Source: Eledone cirrhosa (Eukaryota). Taken from it: DNA of 64,000 nt. Location: assembly GCA_964016885.1 (NCBI GenBank), contig OZ024742.1, positions 346,518,001 through 346,582,000 of the forward strand, in the 5' to 3' direction. Shown here piece by piece: positions 27,530-39,774 of the stretch. Within the stretch, counting starts at the first letter, position 1, and every line of letters starts with the position of its first letter. The translations under genes were made by a program, and so were the position numbers. Under the pieces are notes generated by a model. The model saw only the letters and a list, made by a program, of their open reading frames with translations, was not told where the DNA came from and ran no database searches.

Positions 27530-27732
27530 CTCCCCAGGGCGGTGGATTGGCAGTATCGGTAGAGAGTCGGACACCATGCTTTGAAGCATAGAGTTACGTC
27601 CATTTATGATCTGAGTTCAAATCCCGCCGAGGTTAACTTTGCCTTTCATCCTTACGGCGTCGATAAAATAAAATACCAGTAATGTACTGGATAATTGCTG
27701 GCCTTGTGCTTAAAATAGAAACAATTATTATT
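27530..27732 (+). mobile_element. Full-length tRNA-derived SINE
   Basis: TGGCAGTATCGG A box, GAGTTCAAATCC B box, family body and ATT tail. Confidence 0.8.
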
Positions 27733-27932
27733 CTCCCCAACGGTAGAAAAACCTTTGGTAATTTGAACGGCTGCTATTTTTAGTAGCAAGAGATTGACCT
27801 GTCCACCTTGCTTTCAGTCTTTGCACACGGGACTAAACGAAATTGTTTCATCATTCATTTGCTGGGGAAGTTTTGTATGGCGCCAGTTTGTATTTTGAAC
27901 TCGGGAATTTTATATTCTCCGAGAGAGAAAAA

Positions 27933-28012
27933 CCTTCTGAAGATGATCTCTTTCTCAATGGATATCCGCTTGGATTATCTATTTATTTTGGGATCTGAAA
28001 CCGCGGTAAAGG
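27933..28012 (+). ncRNA. Type I hammerhead ribozyme
   Basis: cctt-CTGAAGA-tgatctc...gggatct-GAAACCGCGGTA-aagg with palindromic ACCGCGGT; a decayed homologue lies at about 24705-24790 (-). Confidence 0.7.
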
Positions 28013-28081
28013 CACATATAGTAAGTACAGTGAATATTTTGAAATTTATTTAAAAATTTTTTCTTTATTTGCTTTCCCTTG

Positions 28082-28126
<45 letters not shown>

Positions 28127-28795
28127 AAATGAAAAACCGAAGGCAAGGTAAAATTTCCAATCATTTTAATCACGACACATGTTTCAATAAGAGATAGATC
28201 GTTCGTGAAGCCATGATCGATTATCACTGATCTCGTCAGGTGAAAATGAATTGTCTTCAAATTCTTGATATGAGGGACAAAATTAGCAATGTTCACTCAC
28301 AGAGTTTATTCCCTCATATGAAGATCAAGCAGTCAAAATACGGCGACTGCTATTATCTTCAGTTAAGGTCATAAAACTATCAAGTTTCTATATCCCAATA
28401 GCTACAAAAGACGCTGGACATCAATCAAATCTGTAGAATTACAGTCGGTCACAGTTAATGTGAGTGGGTACAAACACACTCAACACCCACACACACCGCC
28501 TCAAGGTCAAAGAAATAAAAATATATATATATATACACATACCAACACAGTATCAGATCTGTAGAACTATAGACGGTCACAATTAGTGTGAGTAGGTACA
28601 CTCACACTCTCACACACACCGAAGCGGTGTCAAAGAAAAAATAATAAATATAAGAATATACCAACATAGTATTCACCGAAAGTTAGTTTACAAAACAACA
28701 CATGTTACATTGGTTAAATCTCAATTTAACGATGTAAATTGGAAATATTGGGTCAACCGCAACCCCATACACAAGCAAGTAAGTTCAGTTCAGTT

Positions 28796-30050
28796 AGTTA
28801 ACAGCAGGTGGGATACGAGGGAGGATCAATATAGATTTCATGTTGTATTACCTCCTAGTCCCAATGTTGATGGTACCACTGGAAACAACCACCCAGGTAC
28901 TAACACGGGGTCTGAGCACCGTAATGCCAGCGGAAACTCTAATTGTAACCTTAATTGTAGAACTGATAAAACAACCGTTGAACGTAAAATGGAACGAGGG
29001 TCGAGTAGAGGGAATAGGGATAAATGTAGCAGATGCACAGTAGATATAACCCCGGCTATCGACGGTAATCCCAATGGCTTCACGGGAGGTACACTGCCCC
29101 GGAGACTTGGGACGATTCCGAACACAATCGGGACACCCCAGAACATCATCAACCCACAGGCAGTTTTCAGTTATAATAGACCAGTAGCTACTAAGGAGAC
29201 AGGTAACTCTAATATAGTTAGTAAAAACAAGAGGCATCGGACCAGAAAAATCCTGTGGTATAACCCCCCTTACTCCACTGACCTGACCACTAGTATAGCT
29301 AAGCTTTTCTTTAGGGCATTATACAAATGCTTCCCTAGATCACACAGATAATATAAAATATTCAATAGGAATACCATCAAGCTGTCCTACTCCACAACCA
29401 GTAACATAGCTCAGAATATAGCTAAGATGAATTATAGTAGACTTAGGATAGCCCAAGGGGGGACTAGACATGGCAGAACTAATGGCAGCTCTATGGATGA
29501 ACGGACTCATGCACGTGAGGCGAGTCGGGTCACACCAACCCCTGGGAATTTACCCATAGAGCAGACAAGAACTGAGACTCCAAAGTTACCGTGGTTCCTG
29601 TGGAACAACCCAGGTCGATAACAGAAAATGTAATTGCAGGAACACCGCCACTTGCCCCATGGCTGGGAAATGCCTCACCAAAAACATAGTCTACGACTGT
29701 AAGGTCTCCACTCTTGATAGAACCTTCAGGTATGTTGGGGCAACTGCCACTGAATGTAAGGCTAGATGGTATAATCACCGCAATACCTTTAATAGATTAG
29801 ATTTAAAAAATAGCACGGCGCTTTCTGAATTAGTCTGGAAGCTTAAACAACAGAATATAGAGTACTCCTTATCCTAGTCCATAATTTGCTCAGCCCAGCC
29901 TTATAACGGCAGCACTGGCGTCTGTAATTTATGTATAGCTGAGATCTTTAATATTATTAGAGGCGGCCCCCTATTAATCAATAGGAGAACGGATTCTTTC
30001 AGCAATTGCCAACTAGAACCTCGAAAACCTTCCGCAGGATTTTTGGAAAG
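28796..30050 (+). pseudogene. PLE post-RT linker plus GIY-YIG, with stops and frameshifts
   Basis: RKILWYNPPYS...IAKLFF...CFP, NRNTIKLSYSTT and CLTKNIVYDCKV...YVGATATECKARWYNHRNTF...STALSELVWKLK are collinear with ORF 36232. Confidence 0.85.
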
Positions 30051-31517
30051 TAACCTACCACTAACTCCTCCCTCTCTACTTTAGCCATAGAGTTCTCACA
30101 CACTCAGGTAGTTAGACAGCTAAGATCGTTTGCGCACTTACAAACGGTACTCGGCCTGTTTCCACAGAGTTTTCACAGCTGAGTGCACTTTAGAATACCT
30201 AGTTAGTAAATAGATAGAATGATTACACACTCAGGTTACCTAGTTAGTAAATAGTTAAAAGGATTACACACTCAGGCAAGAACGATTACGCGCATTTACC
30301 ATTACTTTAAGATACCCTAACCATTGAGTTCTCTCGGTTGGGATATAGCTAGACGTATTGCACACTCAGTTAAGACCGATTACGCTCTCTATACATAACT
30401 CTACACACAGTACTCGTTTTCTTTAGACATTGAGTTCCCACAGTTATGACTGGTCACGTTTCTACCGATTGAACACTACACTAGGTTTTGATCCGTGATC
30501 ATCTAGCCATGGAGTGCTCACAGTTACGGATTGGACAATAATACTTACACACGATTAATGGGCCTACACACATCTTCTGGGTTTTGCTATCCTTTGTTAT
30601 TTTATTTTACCTTTTGTGTTGGATAACACACCTCCACCACTCAAATACCTATCTTAAAAGCCCAAGGGCCCATATGACGGGAAATCGCACTTACTGACAC
30701 CTTAACCCAAATACCCAACCCTACACGGAGCCCCTTGCTGGCCAACATAGCGGTTGCTTGCACGCACAGATTTGGGGACTCGGATTCTCAATGGGACAGC
30801 GGTACATACTGAGTTCGATATGAGCTGATTGCTTGCTCTTCACATGGATGTGTATATAGCTAGACATACACTTTTTTAGACGATACGGATGTGTATATAC
30901 CATAACATACACTATTTGGAGATACGGATGTTACAATTCAATCTAAACACGTATAGCAGAACACTGAACTGAACTTACTTGTTTGTGTATGGGGTTGCGG
31001 TTGACCCAATATTTCCAATTTACATCGTTAAATTGAGATTTAACCAATGTAACATTTGCTATTTTGTAAACTAACTTTCGGTGAATACTATGTTGGTATA
31101 TTCTTATATTTATTATTTTTTCTTTGACACCGCTTCGGTGTGTGTGAGAGTGTGAGTGTACCTACTCACACTAATTGTGACCGTCTATAGTTCTACAGAT
31201 CTGATACTCTGTTGGTATGTGTATATATTTTTCTTTATATATATTTTTCTTTGACCTTGAGGCGGTGTGTGTGGGTGTTAAGTGTTTGTGTACCCACTCA
31301 CATTAACTGTGACCGACTGTAATTCTACAGATTTGATTGATCTCCAGCGTCTTTTGTATCTATTGGGATATAGAAACTTGATAGTTTTATGACCTTAACT
31401 GAAGATAATAGCAGTCGCCGTATTTTGACTGCTTGATCTTCATATGAGGGAATAAACTCTGTGAATGAACATTGCTAATTTTGTCCTTCATATCAAGAAT
31501 TTGAAAACAATTCATTT

Positions 31518-31591
31518 TCACCTGACGAGATCAGTGATAATCGATCATGGCTTCACGATCGATCTATCTCTTATTGAAACATGTGTCGTGA
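31518..31591 (+). ncRNA. Type I hammerhead ribozyme in pLTR (inverted copy 28170-28243)
   Basis: tcac-CTGACGA...GAAACATGTGTC-gtga; N7 varies (T/C) relative to 19131, as expected at the free core position. Confidence 0.7.
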
Positions 31592-31779
31592 TTAAAATGA
31601 TTGGAAATTTTACCTTGCCTTCGGATTTTCATTTTGATACTAATACTCCGTTTTACATCATCTAGTTGTTCCCTTGAATGGAATTGGAGATATACAAAAG
31701 CGTGGAGAACTTAATATTGCTAACAAAAATTTATTGGACCGTTTAACACAACCAATAATACACCTTACTATATAACAAC

Positions 31780-31865
<86 letters not shown>

Positions 31866-31866
<1 letters not shown>

Positions 31867-32666
31867 AAATTCATAGGGATACATGTATATATTTAGTCAT
31901 AGTCACAGATGCATATGAGTGTGGCTACCTTTCACGGTGTGGCTCAATGAAGAATTAATTAAGCAAATAAGCTATATGTAAAATTGTAAGTTTGAAGAAT
32001 TATTAGATAAAATATATAGTCTTTTCTCTCCCGAGTCCGTAGAAATCAACCAGATAAATAATCATTTAAACGAGGCTATAAGTTTAAAATGTAACTATGA
32101 AGAAATAATAGACAAATGATACAGACTATCTTCCGCGAGGGACAGCCAGATTAAATTTATCTTGTCATTCCTTTTAGCCCGTAGAAAATGACTACACAAA
32201 TAATCAACTAAACGGAGTTAGGTCTAAAATAGAAGTTAGAAGAGAAAATGCATATAAACTTTACCAAAATTACTCTAGTCCTGACTGCCGACAGTCTCGT
32301 TCCTTTTTTGCGGATATATCTGATCCTGGATTTATCCACGAGGCTTGGAGCTTATCAAGAGACACCTCGAGTCTGGACTAAAATTTCTACCGTGATCCAC
32401 GCCAGAAATGAATTCAAAAATGGCTAACTCCGTTTAGTTGATTATTTGTCTAGTCATTTTCTACGGGCTAAAAGGAATGACTAGATAAATTTTAACTGGC
32501 TGTCCCTCGCGGAAGATAGTCTGCATCATTTGTCTATTATTTCTTCATAGTTACATTTTAAACTTATAGCCTCGTTTAAATGATTATTTATGTGGTTGAT
32601 TTCTACGGACTCGGGAGAGGAAAGACTATATATTTTATCTAATAATTCTTCAAACTTGCAATTTTA
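31866..32666 (-). mobile_element. Fold-back copy of the about 683-bp HHR element family
   Basis: 31975-32220 is inverted at 32424-32666; collinear with 39775-40483 in permuted order. Confidence 0.75.
32278..32363 (-). ncRNA. Hammerhead ribozyme, U3-A8 core, A14G-decayed
   Basis: Reverse complement: gtctc-TTGATAA-gctcc...ggaac-GAGACTGTCGGCAGTC-aggac, at the same position as the C3-G8 HHR at 40074. Confidence 0.55.
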
Positions 32667-32674
32667 TATATGTA

Positions 32675-32761
<87 letters not shown>

Positions 32762-32830
32762 TATGAAGAGAGAAGAAACATTTAGATATAATTAGTAATA
32801 AAATGTATCATACCTAAACTGCTTCTAGAT

Positions 32831-32920
32831 TCCTCGACTACGTAGTTTCGTGGCATAAACAAAAACAATACATCATAAAGATATAGAGCTTTTGCGAGGT
32901 CTGCCGACTTATCAAGAGGA
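32831..32920 (-). ncRNA. Type I hammerhead ribozyme, U3-A8 variant
   Basis: Reverse complement: tcctc-TTGATAA-gt(c)ggca...tgccac-GAAACTACGTAGTC-gagga, with palindrome ACTACGTAGT. Confidence 0.75.
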
Positions 32921-33403
32921 TACCTCGTTTTACTAGCTTCAAGAACGCGTCTATATGATGTGAGAAAGAATCCCAAAAGGCGGAAGGGGAGATAGTCACG
33001 TGATACAACGGTCAAGAAACAGAGCTAAGCCTCTTATAACCCCGAAAAAATACCACGGAGGCGGAGGGGGTATTTATATCGAAGCCGTAGAAGAGGTGGT
33101 GAAGGAGGCGAGAAGTATGAGTACTGGCAGCTTTCCAGCAGTCACCACACTTCAAAGATTACTCGACCAGAGGGAGTTATGAACAATATATTTAGAAACA
33201 CACAGATACATGAATATCTCCACATCCATCCTTGAGTTAATGGTGCCAACCTTAACCGATGTTGCTCTATGAATAACTGGGACAGACCAATCCGGTTGGA
33301 TTAGACTGAACCAGTATCAGAGCTAAAAGTACATTATGAAGAGAGAAGAAACATTTAGATATAATTAGTAATAAAATGTATCATACCTAAACTGCATCTA
33401 GAT

Positions 33404-33493
33404 TCCTCGACTACGTAGTTTCGTGGCATAAACAAAAACAATACATCATAAAGATATAGAGCTTTTGCGAGGTCTGCCGACTTATCAAGAGGA
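33404..33493 (-). ncRNA. Second tandem copy of the U3-A8 hammerhead
   Basis: Same motif as 32831-32920 shifted by 573. Confidence 0.75.
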
Positions 33494-33758
33494 TACCTCG
33501 TTTTACTAGCTTCAAGAACGCGTCTATATGATGTGAGAAAGAATCCCAAAAGGCGGAGGGGGAGATAGTCACGTAATACAACGGTCAAGAAACAGAGATA
33601 AGCCTCTTATACTGGTTCAGTCTAATCCAACCGGATTGGTCTGTCCTAGTTATTCATAGAGCAACATCGGTTAAGGTTGGCACCATTAACTCAAGGATGG
33701 ATGTGGATATATTCATGTATATGTATGTGTCCGCATGTATCTGTGTGTTTCTAAATAT

Positions 33759-33835
<77 letters not shown>

Positions 33836-33926
33836 CGAAGGAAATGTGGTAAGGAACCAGGTGGGCCATAACGCACCAAAGTACTCAATACTTGAGGTAG
33901 TAGAGTGGGTAATAGGAACCAGTAAG

Positions 33927-34020
33927 ACCCCGACAGCTGAGCTCAAGCCGTTTCGACGGCTAATTCTGGACTAAATGAAAATTTATCCTGGTATTTAAAT
34001 AGCCGATCTTCTCAAGGGGT
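33927..34020 (-). ncRNA. U3-A8 hammerhead in the inverted pLTR
   Basis: Reverse complement of 36117-36210. Confidence 0.75.
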
Positions 34021-36116
34021 AATTCCATATATGGTCAAAGTGATTGTCAAAAATCAGTAGTAATTCTGTGGTTGCAAATTAGTAGGGGAGATGGTGGCTA
34101 AACCTGCCAGTAGGAGAAAGAGGGGAGGGGGTGGAGTAGACCCAATCAAGCGTTGGTAGTGCCAGCTACAGCTGGGCATGAGGTCAAAGAAGATACAGGG
34201 GAGGGGGAGGGGGAGGAAGTCGGAACGGTAGGTAGAACAATGGGGGGTAGAAATATATAGGAAAGAAAAAATACTGAGAGTGAAGAAAAGCAAATAAGTG
34301 TAAAGAAAAAAGTAAAGTAAATTAAATTCTACGACCTAGGTCTCAGGCTATTGTTAGGCTAGAATAAAATAAAGAAAGAAAGAAAGAAGTAAAGAAAGAA
34401 ATAAATAAAGAAATAACGAAATAAGTAAAAGAACTAGGTGGGACGGTATAGGCAAGGACCCTTTTAAGAGGTATAAGTACGTAAATGATACGGTGACGGG
34501 TCAACAAAAGGGGCCAAAATACTAAAGAGACTACCACGAAATAAACAATAAAGGTTTCCATCCCGGGCCAGCAACGACCCAGTGCAGCAAAGTGAACTTG
34601 TACGAGATAATAATTCTGAGTCCCGAGAAAAATATATACTAATGCTAACTCTAAAAGATCTAAAACAAGCTACATGAAAGTTCGTACGAAATAAAGGTAG
34701 AATACGGAGAAATAAATTCAGAATCCACCCCGCCCAGAAGAAAAGCGAAGCAAGAAATACTGAAACGAAAAAATAAGGCATAAGTGCCACTAAGAAATAT
34801 AGAGGGCACAGAGAATAGTGGGAGCGGTCGGAAAAAGGGGGCAAGTATCCGGGGTCTAAGCCAACTGCTATAAAGGGCGGAGTCCGCCAAATCTATCATA
34901 GACTAGGGGAGGGGTGGTGGGGGTACTAAGGCTACATGGGGCCAAAGGGCAGCCTCGGGTGGGCGAGAAAAGACGCCGACAAAGGAGAAGAGCTGGGGTA
35001 GAAGGACTAAGGAGAGAGGGGGGAAGGAAATAAAGGAAGCGATAAAAGAATACAAAGAAGATCTTACGTCTTCCTTGGCAAGCAGGGGTTACATCGCTTC
35101 CTTTATTTCCTTCCCCCCTCTCTCCTTAGTCCTTCTACCCCAGCTCTTCTCCTTTGTCGGCGTCTTTTCTCGCCCACCCGAGGCTGCCCTTTGGCCCCAT
35201 GTAGCCTTAGTACCCCCATCACCCCCTCCCCTAGTCTATGATAGATTTGGCGGACTCCGCCCTTTATAGCAGTTGGCTTAGACCCCGGATACTTGCCCCC
35301 TTTTTCCGACCGCTCCCACTATTCTCTGTGCCCTCTATATTTCTTAGTGGCACTTATGCCTTATTTTTTCGTTTCAGTATTTCTTGCTTCGCTTTTCTTC
35401 TGGGCGGGGTGGATTCTGAATTTATTTCTCCGTATTCTACCTTTATTTCGTACGAACTTTCATGTAGCTTGTTTTAGATCTTTTAGAGTTAGCATTAGTA
35501 TATATTTTTCTCGGGACTCAGAATTATTATCTCGTACAAGTTCACTTTGCTGCATTGGGTCGTTGCTGGCCCGGGATGGAAACCTTTATTGTTTATTTCG
35601 TGGTAGTCTCTTTAGTATTTTGGCCCCTTTTGTTGACCCGTCACCGTATCATTTACGTACTTATACCTCTTAAAAGGGTCCTTGCCTATACCGTCCCACC
35701 TAGTTCTTTTACTTATTTCGTTATTTCTTTATTTATTTCTTTCTTTACTTCTTTCTTTCTTTCTTTATTTTATTCTAGCCTAACAATAGCCTGAGACCTA
35801 GGTCGTAGAATTTAATTTACTTTACTTTTTTCTTTACACTTATTTGCTTTTCTTCACTCTCAGTATTTTTTCTTTCCTATATATTTCTACCCCCCATTGT
35901 TCTACCTACCGTTCCGACTTCCTCCCCCTCCCCCTCCCCTGTATCTTCTTTGACCTCATGCCCAGCTGTAGCTGGCACTACCAACGCTTGATTGGGTCTA
36001 CTCCACCCCCTCCCCTCTTTCTCCTACTGGCAGGTTTAGCCACCATCTCCCCTACTAATTTGCAACCACAGAATTACTACTGATTTTTGACAATCACTTT
36101 GACCATATATGGAATT

Positions 36117-36210
36117 ACCCCTTGAGAAGATCGGCTATTTAAATACCAGGATAAATTTTCATTTAGTCCAGAATTAGCCGTCGAAACGGCTTGAGCTCAG
36201 CTGTCGGGGT
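36117..36210 (+). ncRNA. Type I hammerhead ribozyme, U3-A8 variant, 5' pLTR
   Basis: acccc/ggggt stem I, TTGAGAA (36122), ga(t)cggcta/tagccgtc stem II, GAAA (36183), ACGGCT/AGCTGT stem III, GTC at 36203-36205. Confidence 0.8.
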
Positions 36211-36231
36211 CTTACTGGTTCCTATTACCCA

Positions 36232-38553
36232 GTGCAGCAAAGTGTATTGAGTACTTTGGTGCGTTATGGTCCACCTGGTTCCTTACCACATTTCCTTCGT
36301 TATCTAACTCCTACTCCCGTAGTAGAGCACTTTCCGACCCTACCACGCCGTATCCAGACTTTTCCGCTAAGCTCAATTCATTTCACCCGCACCATGCGAA
36401 AACACAACATTGACTTCTCTACCAAGAACATCCCAATCCCACCGAAAAAACTTTACCTTCGGATGCTCACGCAAAAAATCGATCTATTTGCGAAAAGACT
36501 TAGATGGAGAACTTTTTTCTATGACAGATATTGCGACAACCAAGACTTCGGCACCAAGGAGAGATTCGGATTTATTACCTACAAATCTTCGCCCCTGAAC
36601 CCCTTGCTCGCACCCTTCGAGAATGACCTCTTCCAACTGGTCAAGAACATTAAATTTAAACCCAGACACAACCGATTCCTACAAAAACTCCGTAGCAACT
36701 TAACAGAGTATGATAACACAAATGACATCATGGTGCATTCGGATAAAACTGGGAACCTATACTTTGTCAACCCTGACAGATACCACACACTGATCAGGAG
36801 CAGCCTAAACTCCACCTATAAAAAGGCCAACCACTCTTGCATCGAGGACATAAATCGAGATGGACAACAAATCACCTCCAGCCTCGGGGTCGCCGACCGC
36901 ACGGAACCTCTAGACCCACGGACACCATACTTCACACTGAAGGACCATAAATCCGATTTTGACCGTAAACCCTCTATCAGGCTTATTAACCCAACGAAGT
37001 CTGACATAGGGAGAATCGGCAAAAAAATCCTAGACCGCGTGATACCAAAAGTCAAGCAACACACCCGACTTAGCCTATGGATCAACACCCAGCAAGTAAT
37101 CTCCTGGTTCAGCAATATGGAGGATAAACGAGAAACTAAATTCATACAGTTCGACATAGAGAGCTACTATGCTTCAATCACCTTACCGCTACTTACTGCC
37201 GCCTTGGACTTCGCCGAAACACTTGTGCCCATCACCGACCAGGAAAGAAAAATCATGCTCCACGCCAGGAAGACAGTCTTACTCTTTGACGACTCTAAAT
37301 GGATAAAAAGAGCTCCCGACTCACCCTTCGACGTCAGCATGGGCGCCACGGATTCGGCGGAGGTCACAGATCTTATAGGATTATTCCTAATAGCCAAACT
37401 CACTGATATGTTTCCTGCATTCGGTGGTGGATTGTACCGTGATGATGGGCTCCTTACCCTTAAAGGGTACAACCCCAGTAGTACAGATCGGGTCCGGAAA
37501 CAATTAATCAGATTCTTCCGCGACTGGGGATTTAAAATAACCCTACAAACGTCCCTGACCCGAGTAAACTTCCTGGACGTGACCCTCGACCTCGAAAACG
37601 ACCTGTACTACCCATACAGGAAACCTAATGACAATCTGCACTACATCCACCGCCGATCAAACCATCCTAGGAACATCACAAACAACCTGGTCAAAAACAT
37701 CTCCCTCCGCATATCCCGTTTGTCAGCTAATGAGCGGATATTCGATGAACATGCGCCTTATTACAACCAGGCCCTCAAGCGGAGTGGTTTCCGGGAGGAA
37801 ATATCCTACTGTCCAGCTCCCATTAGCGGAACCAGCAGGAGACACCGCCGCTCACGCAATGTAACATGGTTCAATCCTCCCCACAATGCAGAGGTGACAA
37901 CTCCCATCGGGAAACTATTCTTTAGGCTCATTGAAAAACACTTCCCATTACAACACCGCTACCACAACATAATTAACAAAAATACCATCAAACTCTCTTA
38001 CAGCACTACACCAAACTTCGCACAAAACATCGTCTCCTCTAACAACAAAAAACTCAACCCCGATGGCAGAAATAACCTAAATAGCAGTGGAGAACCGACC
38101 AGGAGGTGTAACTGCCCGGATAGATCTATTTGCCCACTCGACAATAGATGCAGAGACCGTAATGTGATCTACCAGTGCAACGTGAGGACGGATACCTCCA
38201 ACAAAGCCTATATAGGACTTACCGCATGTGACTTCAAGACCCGGCTATACCAACATAGACATACCTTCCGAAACCCGGCCCGGCGTCACGCCACTACACT
38301 TTCGGGCCACATATGGGACCTCAAGGACAACAACATCACCTATGATCTCACTTGGAGATTACTGTCCAGAGCCAATTCTTACACGGGAGGACGCCGTCCG
38401 TGCAATTTATGCTCGGAGGAAACTTTACAAATGCTGTTTTCGACGGACCAACTCCTAAACAAGAAAGATGAACTGGTCACTGCATGTAAACATAGATTGC
38501 GTAGGACTTACCTCGCCCTCAAACCCCATAATGACCCGGGGGGGGTAGACTAG
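36232..38553 (+). CDS. PLE reverse transcriptase plus GIY-YIG endonuclease (first ATG 36394, 719 aa)
   Basis: RT motifs FIQFDIESYYASI, FDVSMGA, GLYRDDGL and VNFLDVTL; WFNPP; CNC..CPL..C; VIYQC...YIGLT...R...H; CNLCSEE; no interruptions. Confidence 0.95.
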   Translation: MQQSVLSTLVRYGPPGSLPHFLRYLTPTPVVEHFPTLPRRIQTFPLSSIHFTRTMRKHNIDFSTKNIPIPPKKLYLRMLTQKIDLFAKRLRWRTFFYDRYCDNQDFGTKERFGFITYKSSPLNPLLAPFENDLFQLVKNIKFKPRHNRFLQKLRSNLTEYDNTNDIMVHSDKTGNLYFVNPDRYHTLIRSSLNSTYKKANHSCIEDINRDGQQITSSLGVADRTEPLDPRTPYFTLKDHKSDFDRKPSIRLINPTKSDIGRIGKKILDRVIPKVKQHTRLSLWINTQQVISWFSNMEDKRETKFIQFDIESYYASITLPLLTAALDFAETLVPITDQERKIMLHARKTVLLFDDSKWIKRAPDSPFDVSMGATDSAEVTDLIGLFLIAKLTDMFPAFGGGLYRDDGLLTLKGYNPSSTDRVRKQLIRFFRDWGFKITLQTSLTRVNFLDVTLDLENDLYYPYRKPNDNLHYIHRRSNHPRNITNNLVKNISLRISRLSANERIFDEHAPYYNQALKRSGFREEISYCPAPISGTSRRHRRSRNVTWFNPPHNAEVTTPIGKLFFRLIEKHFPLQHRYHNIINKNTIKLSYSTTPNFAQNIVSSNNKKLNPDGRNNLNSSGEPTRRCNCPDRSICPLDNRCRDRNVIYQCNVRTDTSNKAYIGLTACDFKTRLYQHRHTFRNPARRHATTLSGHIWDLKDNNITYDLTWRLLSRANSYTGGRRPCNLCSEETLQMLFSTDQLLNKKDELVTACKHRLRRTYLALKPHNDPGGVD

Positions 38554-39660
38554 GGCTATAACACCCCACTTGCCGATTTTGCAATGGGTAACCCCTGCTT
38601 GCCAAGGAAGACGTAAGATCTTCTTTGTATTCTTTTATCGCTTCCTTTATTTCCTTCCCCCCTCTCTCCTTAGTCCTTCTACCCCAGCTCTTCTCCTTTG
38701 TCGGCGTCTTTTCTCGCCCACCCGAGGCTGCCCTTTGGCCCCATGTAGCCTTAGTACCCCCACCACCCCCTCCCCTAGTCTATGATAGATTTGGCGGACT
38801 CCGCCCTTTATAGCAGTTGGCTTAGACCCCGGATACTTGCCCCCTTTTTCCGACCGCTCCCACTATTCTCTGTGCCCTCTATATTTCTTAGTGGCACTTA
38901 TGCCTTATTTTTTCGTTTCAGTATTTCTTGCTTCGCTTTTCTTCTGGGCGGGGTGGATTCTGAATTTATTTCTCCGTATTCTACCTTTATTTCGTACGAA
39001 CTTTCATGTAGCTTGTTTTAGATCTTTTAGAGTTAGCATTAGTATATATTTTTCTCGGGACTCAGAATTATTATCTCGTACAAGTTCACTTTGCTGCACT
39101 GGGTCGTTGCTGGCCCGGGATGGAAACCTTTATTGTTTATTTCGTAGTAGTCTCTTTAGTATTTTGGCCCCTTTTGTTGACCCGTCACCGTATCATTTAC
39201 GTACTTATACCTCTTAAAAGGGTCCTTGCCTATACCGTCCCACCTAGTTCTTTTACTTATTTCGTTATTTCTTTATTTATTTCTTTCTTTACTTCTTTCT
39301 TTCTTTCTTTATTTTATTCTAGCCTAACAATAGCCTGAGACCTAGGTCGTAGAATTTAATTTACTTTACTTTTTTCTTTACACTTATTTGCTTTTCTTCA
39401 CTCTCAGTATTTTTTCTTTCCTATATATTTCTACCCCCCATTGTTCTACCTACCGTTCCGACTTCCTCCCCCTCCCCCTCCCCTGTATCTTCTTTGACCT
39501 CATGCCCAGCTGTAGCTGGCACTACCAACGCTTGATTGGGTCTACTCCACCCCCTCCCCTCTTTCTCCTACTGGCAGGTTTAGCCACCATCTCCCCTACT
39601 AATTTGCAACCACAGAATTACTACTGATTTTTGACAATCACTTTGACCATATATGGAATT

Positions 39661-39754
39661 ACCCCTTGAGAAGATCGGCTATTTAAATACCAGGATAAAT
39701 TTTCATTTAGTCCAGAATTAGCCGTCGAAACGGCTTGAGCTCAGCTGTCGGGGT
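39661..39754 (+). ncRNA. U3-A8 hammerhead in the 3' pLTR
   Basis: Same motif as 36117-36210; GTC at 39747-39749, 20 nt before the element end. Confidence 0.8.
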
Positions 39755-39774
39755 CTTACTGGTTCCTATATATA

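Larger units (their letters stand above)
28124..31785 (+). mobile_element. 5'-truncated PLE: inverted pLTR (28124-28795), decayed ORF end, long 3' pLTR
   Basis: 28124-28795 is the reverse complement of about 30965-31637; flanked by (TA)n and (TG)n. Confidence 0.9.
32758..33762 (-). mobile_element. 573-bp HHR-bearing unit (1.5 copies) plus an inverted terminal piece, between (TA)n tracts
   Basis: 32758-33040 is repeated at 33331-33611; 33190-33317 is inverted at 33611-33760. Confidence 0.85.
33834..39769 (+). mobile_element. Full-length young Penelope-like element: inverted pLTR - pLTR - ORF - pLTR
   Basis: Inverted copy 33834-35092; direct repeats 35093-36225 and 38637-39769 (offset 3544) with only a few mismatches; (TA)n on both sides. 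Confidence 0.95.

Noticed and set aside
34054-39627. Triplicated 64-126 aa hydrophobic ORFs
   Set aside because: They recur only because they lie in the three pyrimidine-rich pLTR copies; no protein motif.
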